Source of the DNA: Candidatus Peregrinibacteria bacterium GW2011_GWF2_38_29
Lineage (GTDB): Bacteria > Patescibacteriota > Gracilibacteria > UBA1369 > UBA12463
Assembly: GCA_000992695.1 (NCBI GenBank)
Contig: LBUS01000009.1
Coordinates: 25,548 to 89,547 of the forward strand
Length of the DNA stretch: 64,000 nucleotides
Direction: 5' to 3'
Shown here: positions 8,801-17,606 of the stretch, piece by piece
Numbering within the stretch: position 1 is the first letter of the stretch
Layout: each line of letters begins with the position of its first letter
The notes under the pieces: generated by a model
What the model saw: only the letters and a program-made list of their open reading frames with translations
Databases searched by the model: none
Told to the model about the DNA's origin: nothing
Program-made: the position numbers and the translations under genes

Positions 8801-9273
8801 TAGCGCCGGAATGGCACGTTAGAATGCAAGCCGCATTCCAAAAATACACAGATAGCTCGGTTTCAAAAACAATCAATTTCCCTGCAACCGCCTCAATTGA
8901 AGACATCAAAAATTCATATTGGCTCGCATTCAAATTGCACTGCAAAGGAATAACGATTTACAGAGACCAAAGCCGCGAAGCACAGGTTTTAAACATCGGA
9001 AGAGTGAATAAAAAAGAAGAAACGATCGCAACTCCGGTTCAAGCTCCACATTCACACATCACTCCGCCTCAAACACTAAAAAAACCTGTAAACAAAGTCA
9101 CTCTTGAAGAAGTCATTCCTCCACCAATTATTAGCATGAGCAGGCCACACAAAGCTTTAAGCAAACTCGAAATACTCAAAGAAAAGAAGTGCCCTGAGTG
9201 TCACGGCGAAGTTCAAGTTGGCGAAGGATGTCTTTTATGTTTAAATTGCGGTTTCTCTGCATGTGCGGTATAA
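5884..9273 (+). CDS. nrdJ: adenosylcobalamin-dependent (class II) ribonucleotide reductase with N-terminal ATP-cone, interrupted by an intein
   Basis: Evidence: ATP-cone ([20 protein letters not shown]...YILYRQKR); [31 protein letters not shown]; the class II hallmark [22 protein letters not shown] restored after intein removal; and a Cys-rich C-terminal tail CPECHGE...[12 protein letters not shown]. Confidence 0.9.
   Translation: [1129 protein letters not shown]
7030..8112 (+). mobile_element. intein (361 aa) with a two-motif LAGLIDADG homing endonuclease domain
   Basis: Begins with Cys ([14 protein letters not shown]) and ends VVHN|C, where the +1 Cys belongs to CGEQPL. Block B is [18 protein letters not shown] motifs are [11 protein letters not shown] and [12 protein letters not shown]. 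Confidence 0.85.
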
Positions 9274-9308
9274 TCGGCCGGCTAACATAAAAAACGTATA
9301 AAACGACT

Positions 9309-11855
9309 ATGGCAAACGTAAATCGAGCTCAAAGACAAGACGAGCAAGATACATTTAACGACGACGATATAAATACCTTATCTGAAGGCAAAGTCGACGC
9401 GCAAGATATCTTTGAACAACAAGAGGCCTTCACAAGACAAGTCATCGATATTCGTGAAAGACTCGAAAGGGCTGATGGTGTTTTAAGCGCGCAAGAGCAA
9501 AAAAGATACAAAGACAAGCTGCTTGATATAGAAATAAGCAAAGACAGAAAGGGTTTAAAAACTCTTGATAAAGAAATGGCGGCAACTGTTGCTGATACCC
9601 AAAAATTAACTCACAGCTATTTCGAAAAGTTGGATACGAATCGTGAACTTTTTGGACTAGATAAAGATCGCCATGTAGATACTCTCGCGGAATATAAACA
9701 AGAATTCAAACAGCAAGATGTTAAAGGCAAAGAAACATATTTTAAAGAAGTAGATCAAGAAATAGAAAGCTTACGAGTGCTTCAGGATAAACTCGTGAGG
9801 CTCGTCGGCAACTCCCCTGCTCACATGGAAGAATTCAGCAAACTACGAAGACACGAAAAGCGTGATGAATATCTGCCCGAACTTGAGACCGTCATGAAAC
9901 AATATGAATCTTTCATGAAAAAGCTTGAAGGTTCAAAAGAATATGATGCAGGCGAAATTCGCATGATGGAAATGAGATTTAAAGAATCATCAGTAGCGGA
10001 TCAAAAGAAACTTCTTCAAGAATGGGGGTTTGAAGGAAAAACCAAAGCCGGAGCCGAAAAAGTCGCAGAAGTTGCACAAGAATTAAAAGCACAATTTAAT
10101 TTATTTTCACCTACAAGACAAAGTAAATTCGATCGCGAATTTACAGAAGCCAAAACGAAAAGAAGGCAAACGGAAATAATTGATTCCATGCGCGCAGATT
10201 TGAAACAAGATTATATGAAACGCGTTAATGGAAGCAAATATTTAAGCTCAAGCGAAAAGCAAAAAGCTTTACAAAGTGTTTCAGATAAAAATTTCGACAT
10301 AAAATTCATCGAACTATGCCTTTCATCTTTTGCTCAGTGCGAAGCCAAAGTAAAGCAATTCGAAAAAACATACAGCAACGCACCAAAAGAAGTTCAAGAC
10401 CAATATCATTTTTGGGAAGCGGATTATGAAGAAAAGCAAAAAATAATCGAAGAGGTAAAAGAGCACGTAAAAATTGGAAAAGAGTTTGAGGCAAAAGTTA
10501 AAAAATTCGCGGAAGAAGGCCTGGTTGCCAAAAAATCAATGAGCGAAGACAAAGATTATATCGTGAAATGGAGACACAATTTCAGAAAACTTTCACTCGT
10601 TGAAAAGAAAAAATTATTGCAAAATTCGTCACTCGATGCGCCTATCAGAAAACAGGTTTTAGCTGATTTTAAAGCCCTTCCTGAAGCTCAAAGAAAACCG
10701 TTCGAAAAAGCTTTCATGAAAGGAAATTTAAGAGAAAGATTAAAAATTCTCACGCAATTAAAAGAGCAAGGAAATGAAATGATGAAAAACCGCGAAGGCT
10801 TGACCAAAAAAGTTTTAACAATGGAAAAACGCGGAACCTTGGCTCATAAATCCGCAAGAGCATACGAAACATGGATAAAAACACTTTCAGCCGAAGATCT
10901 TAAAAAATATGCTAAAAAATCCGAACTCGACGATCCAAGAAGAGAAAAGATGCTCGAATTGTTCGAATCAATGCCAAAAAGCGCACAAGAAAAACATAAC
11001 GGTTTTTATGAAATGGACTTGAACGAAAGAATCGCGCTCATGAGCAAATTAAAACCGGCAGATACGAAAAAAGTGCTTGAAACTGTAGAAAGCCAAGAAG
11101 CCGCAGAAGAGGATGTCATTGATTTCAAAAAACGCGTTGAAATAAAAGCTTTAAGAAAAGTCGCAAATCAATTTAAAGAAAACGGCAATTTGCAGGCGGA
11201 AATGCACATGCATCAACAAATTCTCGAATTAAATCCAAAAGACAAACAATCCCTCGCGCGCATGCAAGAAATTCAGAAAATGGAAAATCCTTTACTCAAA
11301 ATGCTTGATAACAAACTTCAGGGAAATGACGAACTAAGAAGACAAGTTGAAGGCTATCAAATAGTTGATATATTCGAAACATTAATACGAAGAAGCGAGC
11401 TTGCAGAAGGCGCAAAAGGACTTGAAGAAAGAAGTGGAAAATTTAAAGATGGACGAATGTCAGAATTAAACAAAGAGCTTAAAGAACACTCAAAAGGCAC
11501 ACAAATTCTTGATGAATCAACCGGCCGCGCAATTGACGTTGAAGATCTTGACGTTGACCGAGTTGAAGAAGGAAGCGATAAAGAACTTGTGAATAAATAC
11601 GTTGACCTTTTCAGAGAAGAAAGGCCGATGAATACAGCAAACCAAAATCAAAGTCGCCTAAGAAGACTAACAATGCACAAAAGAGATGGTCGTGAATTAA
11701 AAGGCGAAGAAATTAAGCAAAAGAAAGCGGAATTTGAAAATCAATTAGCTCGAAAACTCGGAGTCGGAAAAACCGCACAAGATAGAGAAAATCTAAAAAA
11801 AGCAATTGGAAAAACACGACACTCAAGGCTTAACACCTACGACATCGCCGCCTAG
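9309..11855 (+). CDS. large K/E-rich coiled-coil repeat protein, unknown function
   Basis: 848 aa and very highly charged. A module of about 60 aa recurs, for example WRHNFRKLSLVEKKKLLQNSSLDAPIRKQVLADFKALPEAQRKPFEKAF...RERLKILTQL and WIKTLSAEDLKKYAKKSELDDPRREKMLELFESMPKSAQEKHNGFY...NERIALMSKL. Confidence 0.5.
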   Translation: MANVNRAQRQDEQDTFNDDDINTLSEGKVDAQDIFEQQEAFTRQVIDIRERLERADGVLSAQEQKRYKDKLLDIEISKDRKGLKTLDKEMAATVADTQKLTHSYFEKLDTNRELFGLDKDRHVDTLAEYKQEFKQQDVKGKETYFKEVDQEIESLRVLQDKLVRLVGNSPAHMEEFSKLRRHEKRDEYLPELETVMKQYESFMKKLEGSKEYDAGEIRMMEMRFKESSVADQKKLLQEWGFEGKTKAGAEKVAEVAQELKAQFNLFSPTRQSKFDREFTEAKTKRRQTEIIDSMRADLKQDYMKRVNGSKYLSSSEKQKALQSVSDKNFDIKFIELCLSSFAQCEAKVKQFEKTYSNAPKEVQDQYHFWEADYEEKQKIIEEVKEHVKIGKEFEAKVKKFAEEGLVAKKSMSEDKDYIVKWRHNFRKLSLVEKKKLLQNSSLDAPIRKQVLADFKALPEAQRKPFEKAFMKGNLRERLKILTQLKEQGNEMMKNREGLTKKVLTMEKRGTLAHKSARAYETWIKTLSAEDLKKYAKKSELDDPRREKMLELFESMPKSAQEKHNGFYEMDLNERIALMSKLKPADTKKVLETVESQEAAEEDVIDFKKRVEIKALRKVANQFKENGNLQAEMHMHQQILELNPKDKQSLARMQEIQKMENPLLKMLDNKLQGNDELRRQVEGYQIVDIFETLIRRSELAEGAKGLEERSGKFKDGRMSELNKELKEHSKGTQILDESTGRAIDVEDLDVDRVEEGSDKELVNKYVDLFREERPMNTANQNQSRLRRLTMHKRDGRELKGEEIKQKKAEFENQLARKLGVGKTAQDRENLKKAIGKTRHSRLNTYDIAA

Positions 11856-13229
11856 TTCAGCGCCACTGTTCAGCTCAACTTTCGAAATAACATAAACAAT
11901 CACCGCAAATAATAAAATAAAAACGGTTTTTGAAGTTACATATAAATCAAAATAAGAAAATTCAAGCTTTGCAAAGTTCTCTGCAAGCAAAAATATGAAT
12001 TTTGAAATCGCCACACAAATAAGCCCAAAAACGACCCCAAGCGGCACATAAATAACACCCAAAACAAAAGCCACGAAAGAAAAAAGCATAACAGCCGGAA
12101 TTAAAGGCAAAATAAAAATATTCGCAATAGGCGCAATAATTGAAACTCGATTAAAGTTCATCAAAATTACAGGCAAAGTGAAAAACTGCGAAGCAATTGT
12201 CGCTAAAAAAATATCACGAATTCCAAAAAATTCAGGAATTTTCTCGCACGTTTTCTGCAAAACCGGCATAAGATAAATCAGGCTTAATGTAGCCAAAAAC
12301 GACAACTGAAATCCGACATCGGAAACAACAATTTCGGGGTTTATAAACGTCATAAAAAACATGGAAGCAAAAATCGCAATTTGAATAAAATTTTTCCTAC
12401 CCAAAAATAAAGCCAGCATGGAAATTATTCCCATTAAAGACGCTCGAACAACCGAAGCGCTTGCCCCGGCCAAAAACATAAAAAACACAACAAATAAAAC
12501 AGAAAAAACAACTTTCAATTTTCTTCCCAAGAAAGAAAAAAGCGCAAACACACAAGCAATCACAATGGTGATGTTATAGCCGGAAACCGCAATAATATGC
12601 GTCAAACCAATCTTATTAAAATTACTCAAAATATCAGCCGGAATTCCCTTTCTCGCACCAATCAAAAGCGCGGAAACAAAACTTGAATATGGTTCAGAAA
12701 AAATACTTTCCAGTTTCGAAATAATATAAGCGCGGAAAAGCAAAACAGGCCCGACACTCCCCTTCTTCAAAACCTTCACATTCGGATAACTCATTATATT
12801 AAAATTCCCGACAACTCCAACTGCACGAATGTAATCGCCATATCCAAATCCACTATGCAAATTTGCTCTTATGGTAAGCAAAAAATCCACTTTATAAACC
12901 GACTCGTTATATTCAATAGTATCGCCGGCAATTTTTATCATCGAATATGAATCATAATTAATAATCTCCTCGGAAATAACGCCATAAACAGTAACGTTTT
13001 TATTCCCAAAATCAGACAACTCCAACTCATTATTTTGCGCTAAATAAATTCTCAAAAATCCGCAAACAAAAGCAATAAAAACCATAAAAACAACCCCGAC
13101 TTTTCTAGTTTTAAAAAACAAAAATCCACACAAAAAAACAAGCAAAATCACAGCGTAAAAACTATCAAAACAAACAATCCCAATCGCCCACCCCAAACCC
13201 AAAAATACAATTTTTGACACCATCGACAT
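11823..13229 (-). CDS. comEC: ComEC/Rec2-family competence channel (no C-terminal metallo-beta-lactamase domain)
   Basis: Polytopic membrane protein with the competence-domain motif GLTHIIAVSGYNITIV. At 468 aa it contains only the DUF4131-like and Competence regions. Confidence 0.75.
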   Translation of the reverse strand: MSMVSKIVFLGLGWAIGIVCFDSFYAVILLVFLCGFLFFKTRKVGVVFMVFIAFVCGFLRIYLAQNNELELSDFGNKNVTVYGVISEEIINYDSYSMIKIAGDTIEYNESVYKVDFLLTIRANLHSGFGYGDYIRAVGVVGNFNIMSYPNVKVLKKGSVGPVLLFRAYIISKLESIFSEPYSSFVSALLIGARKGIPADILSNFNKIGLTHIIAVSGYNITIVIACVFALFSFLGRKLKVVFSVLFVVFFMFLAGASASVVRASLMGIISMLALFLGRKNFIQIAIFASMFFMTFINPEIVVSDVGFQLSFLATLSLIYLMPVLQKTCEKIPEFFGIRDIFLATIASQFFTLPVILMNFNRVSIIAPIANIFILPLIPAVMLFSFVAFVLGVIYVPLGVVFGLICVAISKFIFLLAENFAKLEFSYFDLYVTSKTVFILLFAVIVYVISKVELNSGAELGGDVVGVKP

Positions 13230-13370
13230 ATGGCATAAATATCACGAGCACAGGCCGTTAACAACGAGTCTATGTTGTCAAAAGCCACCAACATCAAATA
13301 ATTGCAATAAATAGCGCGCTACCATATCTTTAACCTCCTGTTAGGCAAATCAAGCCATGTAAATAAAAGT

Positions 13371-14174
13371 ATGTTGCAAAACAACCTACAGCACATATTG
13401 CAAGAAATCGGATTTACCGAAAAAGAAGCGGTAATTTATCTGACTAATTTAAAAATCGGCACAAACAGAGCAAGCGTCATAGCAAACGAATCAAACACGC
13501 AAAGATCAACCGCCTATTCGATAATCGAAATCCTAAAAAGAAAAGGATTCTTGATGGAACTTAAAAAAAATAATCTAAAACTTTACACGGCCACAGACCC
13601 AAAAATAATTTTAAATCACTTGAAATATAAACAGCTGGATTTTGGCTCAAAAATAGCTTATTTATCAGAAAATATAAGCATTTTTAACAATTTAAAAACA
13701 AAGTATCACATAGCTCCTCAAATAAACCTGATAACCGGCGAAAACGGCATAATTTACGCATATGAGAATATATTGATGGAAAAATCACCGATAAAATCAA
13801 TCTTATCCGCCGAAACTCCAACTCCAAAAATCAAAAAATACCTCGAAGAATACAACAAAAAACGCATCGCAAAAGGAATTCCTTTAAAAATAATGACTTG
13901 TGAGAAAAATGTCGATGAAATGCGGCATTTTTTTATATCCGAACTTTGCGAAATAAAATTTATAGGCAAAAACTTTATGCCTAATTCAACAATAAACATC
14001 TATGGCGATAAAATGTCTATAATATCGCACAAAAACGAATCCGTGATATTGATCGACAACAAACTTGCGGTCGAAACTTTCAGTAAATTTTTCGATATAA
14101 CTTGGAATGAATTTTCTCTATTTTGTAGGCGCAACATCAACCTCAGGAACAACGCCGCCACCCATCATAGATGA
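13371..14174 (+). CDS. TrmB-like HTH transcriptional regulator
   Basis: N-terminal wHTH: LQEIGFTEKEAVIYLTNLKIGTNRASVIANESNTQRSTAYSIIEILKRKGFL. Confidence 0.6.
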   Translation: MLQNNLQHILQEIGFTEKEAVIYLTNLKIGTNRASVIANESNTQRSTAYSIIEILKRKGFLMELKKNNLKLYTATDPKIILNHLKYKQLDFGSKIAYLSENISIFNNLKTKYHIAPQINLITGENGIIYAYENILMEKSPIKSILSAETPTPKIKKYLEEYNKKRIAKGIPLKIMTCEKNVDEMRHFFISELCEIKFIGKNFMPNSTINIYGDKMSIISHKNESVILIDNKLAVETFSKFFDITWNEFSLFCRRNINLRNNAATHHR

Positions 14175-15089
14175 AATAATTTGCTTTAAATCAAGCGCAT
14201 CCTTTGGCTCTTCAATAACAACGTCTTTGCCCATACCGCTTACGTCAGTCGTAAAATCAACCTTTGCGGAATTCTTATTTTCAGCATCGTTGTAATTCAA
14301 AACACCGGCCGCCTTAACCATGACCTCATCATCAACAGAAACCCAAAGAGTCATAGGAACATTCAAATTAGCTAAACCTTTTTTCAACTGAACTTTTTCC
14401 TCTTCTGTTGGAGCCTTTTTATTTATTTCAGAAACCTTAATCATAAAATCATAAACCTTATCCATATCAATAGATCCGGTATATTTATAAGCACTTTCGC
14501 CTGAAGCGTCCTCAGTTCCTTCATATTTTAAATCTTTGAAAAAATTTGCTTTTTGAGCCTCTTCTTTAACTTGTTTCATTTCAGGCGTCATCGAAGCTTC
14601 ATCAAAAGGCATCAAAGGAACAGTCTGTCCAAGCTCATCCATTGAAAGGAAAAACCATTTATTAGCAAACGTTGCGACCATTGCCAAATCAGGAAATTCC
14701 TTAGGATCAGGGTATTTCAAAACACTAAAATACATTTTGCGATTCATCATGCGAAGACCAACTTCTCCATTATATTTTTTACCTTCAATTGTTACATCTC
14801 CAGCCATATCAAGATCGAGTTTTGGATTTTTAGCATCATTTATATCAAACTTTTCATCCACGCTCATATTCAAATCAACTCTCTGCTTTTTCTCACTCGA
14901 TTCATCGGCAAGAAAACCATTAATACCAATTTTAATAGTAGCAGTCTTAATCTTTTGAGAATTCATTATAGCTGATTTAACAACCTCTTCAGGCGTTTTT
15001 GAAGGCTCTTTACTAAATAAATTACATCCCGTAGCAACTGATAACATTAAAAAAAGCACTAAAATGGAAGCGATTTTCATTTTAAACAT
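14118..15089 (-). CDS. lipoprotein, unknown function
   Basis: Signal peptide with a lipobox (ILVLFLMLSVATGC). Confidence 0.55.
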   Translation of the reverse strand: MFKMKIASILVLFLMLSVATGCNLFSKEPSKTPEEVVKSAIMNSQKIKTATIKIGINGFLADESSEKKQRVDLNMSVDEKFDINDAKNPKLDLDMAGDVTIEGKKYNGEVGLRMMNRKMYFSVLKYPDPKEFPDLAMVATFANKWFFLSMDELGQTVPLMPFDEASMTPEMKQVKEEAQKANFFKDLKYEGTEDASGESAYKYTGSIDMDKVYDFMIKVSEINKKAPTEEEKVQLKKGLANLNVPMTLWVSVDDEVMVKAAGVLNYNDAENKNSAKVDFTTDVSGMGKDVVIEEPKDALDLKQIISSMMGGGVVPEVDVAPTK

Positions 15090-15141
15090 TGTTTGAAAAA
15101 GTTAAAAAATATTTTAGCAAATTATAGCGTATAATAGTTAT

Positions 15142-17577
15142 ATGCGCAAAATATCATCAATAATTTTAGCGATAGTTTGTTTACTGGTAACGTTTATACA
15201 GCCACAAACAACGTATGCATTTTTCGCAGACATACAAACAACAAATCCATATTCAGACGCAATAAACTACCTCGAATCCTATAACATAATTAAAGGATAC
15301 GAGGATGGAACCTTTAAACCGGATAACCCCGTATCAAGAGCGGAGTTTCTTAAAATAATAGTTTTAAGCTCAGGATATGATTTAAATTCCACATCAAGCA
15401 TTTCATTTAAAGACGTGCCGGAAAATGCTTGGTATACACCTTATGTAAAAAAAGCCGCCTCAGAAGGAATTATCGCGGGATATAAAGATGGAACGTTTCG
15501 ACCTGCACAATCAATAAATCAAGCCGAAGCATTAAAAATAATCGGAATAGCTCAAAAATGGAAAATCATAAATGTATCAGGTGAATGGTATTTGCCATAT
15601 TCAAACTTCGCACAACAAAAATACTTAATAGACGACAATGTTTTCAATCCAAACATCCCAATAACTCGCGGACTCACCTCTGAAATCATTTATAGAACGT
15701 CAAAACAAGAAATATTCAAAATCGTAAAAGTTCCAAACACGGTAACGTCAACGCCAACAAACCAATCCTCAGCAAATGACATCTTTAAGCCAATAATCAC
15801 ACCGACACTTCCTCAAATGCAAGCACAAAGCCCGGTCGCATCGGTAACGATAAATAAAAACTTTTTCGATGGAATGACTTTAGATTCGGACTTTCCAACA
15901 ATATTTTATAAAAACGAAGTCTACAAATTTAAAGGCACAATAACAAGCGGTACATTTAGCACAATTTTCGCATTCTTATCATATAAAGACACTTACAATA
16001 ACGACAAAAGCATTGAATTTAGTGTAAAAGTTGAAAACGGAAACTTCGAAATTCCAATTGTATTCAGATATCCGGGCAACTATTTGCTTGGAATAATTCC
16101 CGGGACACAAGGCTCAAGTAAAGTCGTAAACATATCGGTTTTAGACTCAACTCCGGCTGTAAATTCAGGAGAACAAGCGGGAGCGGCAATAACTCCAAGA
16201 ATATATTCATCAGGCAATACAACTTATATACCGCTTAATAAAGACGAAAGAAGCATTACAAAAATTACATTCTCACAAGAAATAAATTCTTTTTATTACA
16301 TAGTCAGACAAAAAGCGGACAATTTTGAAATTTTCTTTGAAGATTTTTATAAATTCAGCCCTGGAACAGTTCGCATGGTAATCGACAATAATGGCACGAC
16401 TTCAGAAACAACCTTCTTAGCAATTCGTCACCTTTTTAGTAAAAACAATCAATCCAAAATATCATCCTCCGGCTTACAAACAACTCTACCTTTTGCGCGA
16501 CAAATAATAATATCAGGTATAACAAATACAGACATTCTTGAAGAAGCGCACATTATAAAGCCGAACGGAATGGTTGAAAGCCTCAACATAACATCTCCTT
16601 CAAGCCCAATACTCTCAAACGGAGAAAACGCTTTTAAAAAAGGTAGTCAATACGTCTTATCTTATACACCAACAATCAGCGGAACATATGTGATAGGAAT
16701 AAGCGAAGTTGGAGGTGAAACTGTAATAAATACACCAATTTATATTGGCGCGGGAATCCCCTTTTTACCGGATTTCACAGATGTCGAAAAAATAGATTCG
16801 AATCCGGACAAAACTCTCACAGATGCACAAAATAAATTTTTGACATGGACAAATACGGCACGCCAAAATCTCGGCCTGCAAGTCGTTTCAATAAATACAA
16901 AACTTAACGAACTCGCACAAAAACACTCGGACGACATGGCAATAAATAAATATTTCAGCCATATAAATCTGCAAGGGCAAACTCCAAACGACAGAAGAAT
17001 TGCATTAAATATTTCAACTGAAGTCGGAGAAAATATAGCCCGCGTATCAAGCTTGGCAGAAGGATTTGAAGGCTTTATGCGCAGCCCATCACACAGAAAA
17101 AATGTTTTATACACAGATTGGACCAAAGTTGGTTTTGGATTCACAAAAGACTCGCAAGGATTAATGCTAATCACTGAAGAGTTTTCAAGAAACCCATTAA
17201 CTTCACAAGACGTACCAAGATTAACAAATGAACTGCTGTCTTATATAAATACAAAAAGACAATCAATGGGACTTTCTGATTTAATTTCAGACACAAATTT
17301 ATCTGCCATCGCAGGATCATGGAGCGATAAAATGGCGCAAAGCAATTTCACGGCATTTATTTCTCCAAATACGGGAGAATCCCTTCAAGATACAATAAAA
17401 AAGTTTGTATCAAGCCAAACAATTAAGCTGTTTATATATTCACAAAACACAACAAACTATTTAAACGAAAATATAAATAAACAAATAAATCTGCTTGACC
17501 AAACTGTATCAAAAATCGGCATAGGACTACGAATAACAACTCTCGGCGAAATAAAGCTAACAATTATTTTGACGTAA
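15142..17577 (+). CDS. secreted SLH-domain protein with two C-terminal CAP/SCP (YkwD-like) domains
   Basis: Signal peptide. Two SLH-like repeats (GYEDGTFKPDNPVSRAEFLKII, GYKDGTFRPAQSINQAEALKII). CAP motifs are HSDDMAINKYFSH, GENIA and MRSPSHRKNVL...WTKVGFGF, and the domain is duplicated. Confidence 0.7.
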   Translation: MRKISSIILAIVCLLVTFIQPQTTYAFFADIQTTNPYSDAINYLESYNIIKGYEDGTFKPDNPVSRAEFLKIIVLSSGYDLNSTSSISFKDVPENAWYTPYVKKAASEGIIAGYKDGTFRPAQSINQAEALKIIGIAQKWKIINVSGEWYLPYSNFAQQKYLIDDNVFNPNIPITRGLTSEIIYRTSKQEIFKIVKVPNTVTSTPTNQSSANDIFKPIITPTLPQMQAQSPVASVTINKNFFDGMTLDSDFPTIFYKNEVYKFKGTITSGTFSTIFAFLSYKDTYNNDKSIEFSVKVENGNFEIPIVFRYPGNYLLGIIPGTQGSSKVVNISVLDSTPAVNSGEQAGAAITPRIYSSGNTTYIPLNKDERSITKITFSQEINSFYYIVRQKADNFEIFFEDFYKFSPGTVRMVIDNNGTTSETTFLAIRHLFSKNNQSKISSSGLQTTLPFARQIIISGITNTDILEEAHIIKPNGMVESLNITSPSSPILSNGENAFKKGSQYVLSYTPTISGTYVIGISEVGGETVINTPIYIGAGIPFLPDFTDVEKIDSNPDKTLTDAQNKFLTWTNTARQNLGLQVVSINTKLNELAQKHSDDMAINKYFSHINLQGQTPNDRRIALNISTEVGENIARVSSLAEGFEGFMRSPSHRKNVLYTDWTKVGFGFTKDSQGLMLITEEFSRNPLTSQDVPRLTNELLSYINTKRQSMGLSDLISDTNLSAIAGSWSDKMAQSNFTAFISPNTGESLQDTIKKFVSSQTIKLFIYSQNTTNYLNENINKQINLLDQTVSKIGIGLRITTLGEIKLTIILT

Positions 17578-17606
17578 CGAGCAAAAAAAACTACAATAAC
17601 AATCAC

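Noticed and set aside
13230-13370. I looked for an ncRNA or clear divergent promoters in the comEC / TrmB-like spacer.
   Set aside because: A TTGACA is present on the minus strand, but no acceptable -10 lies at 16-18 nt from it. I saw no convincing secondary structure, so nothing is reported.
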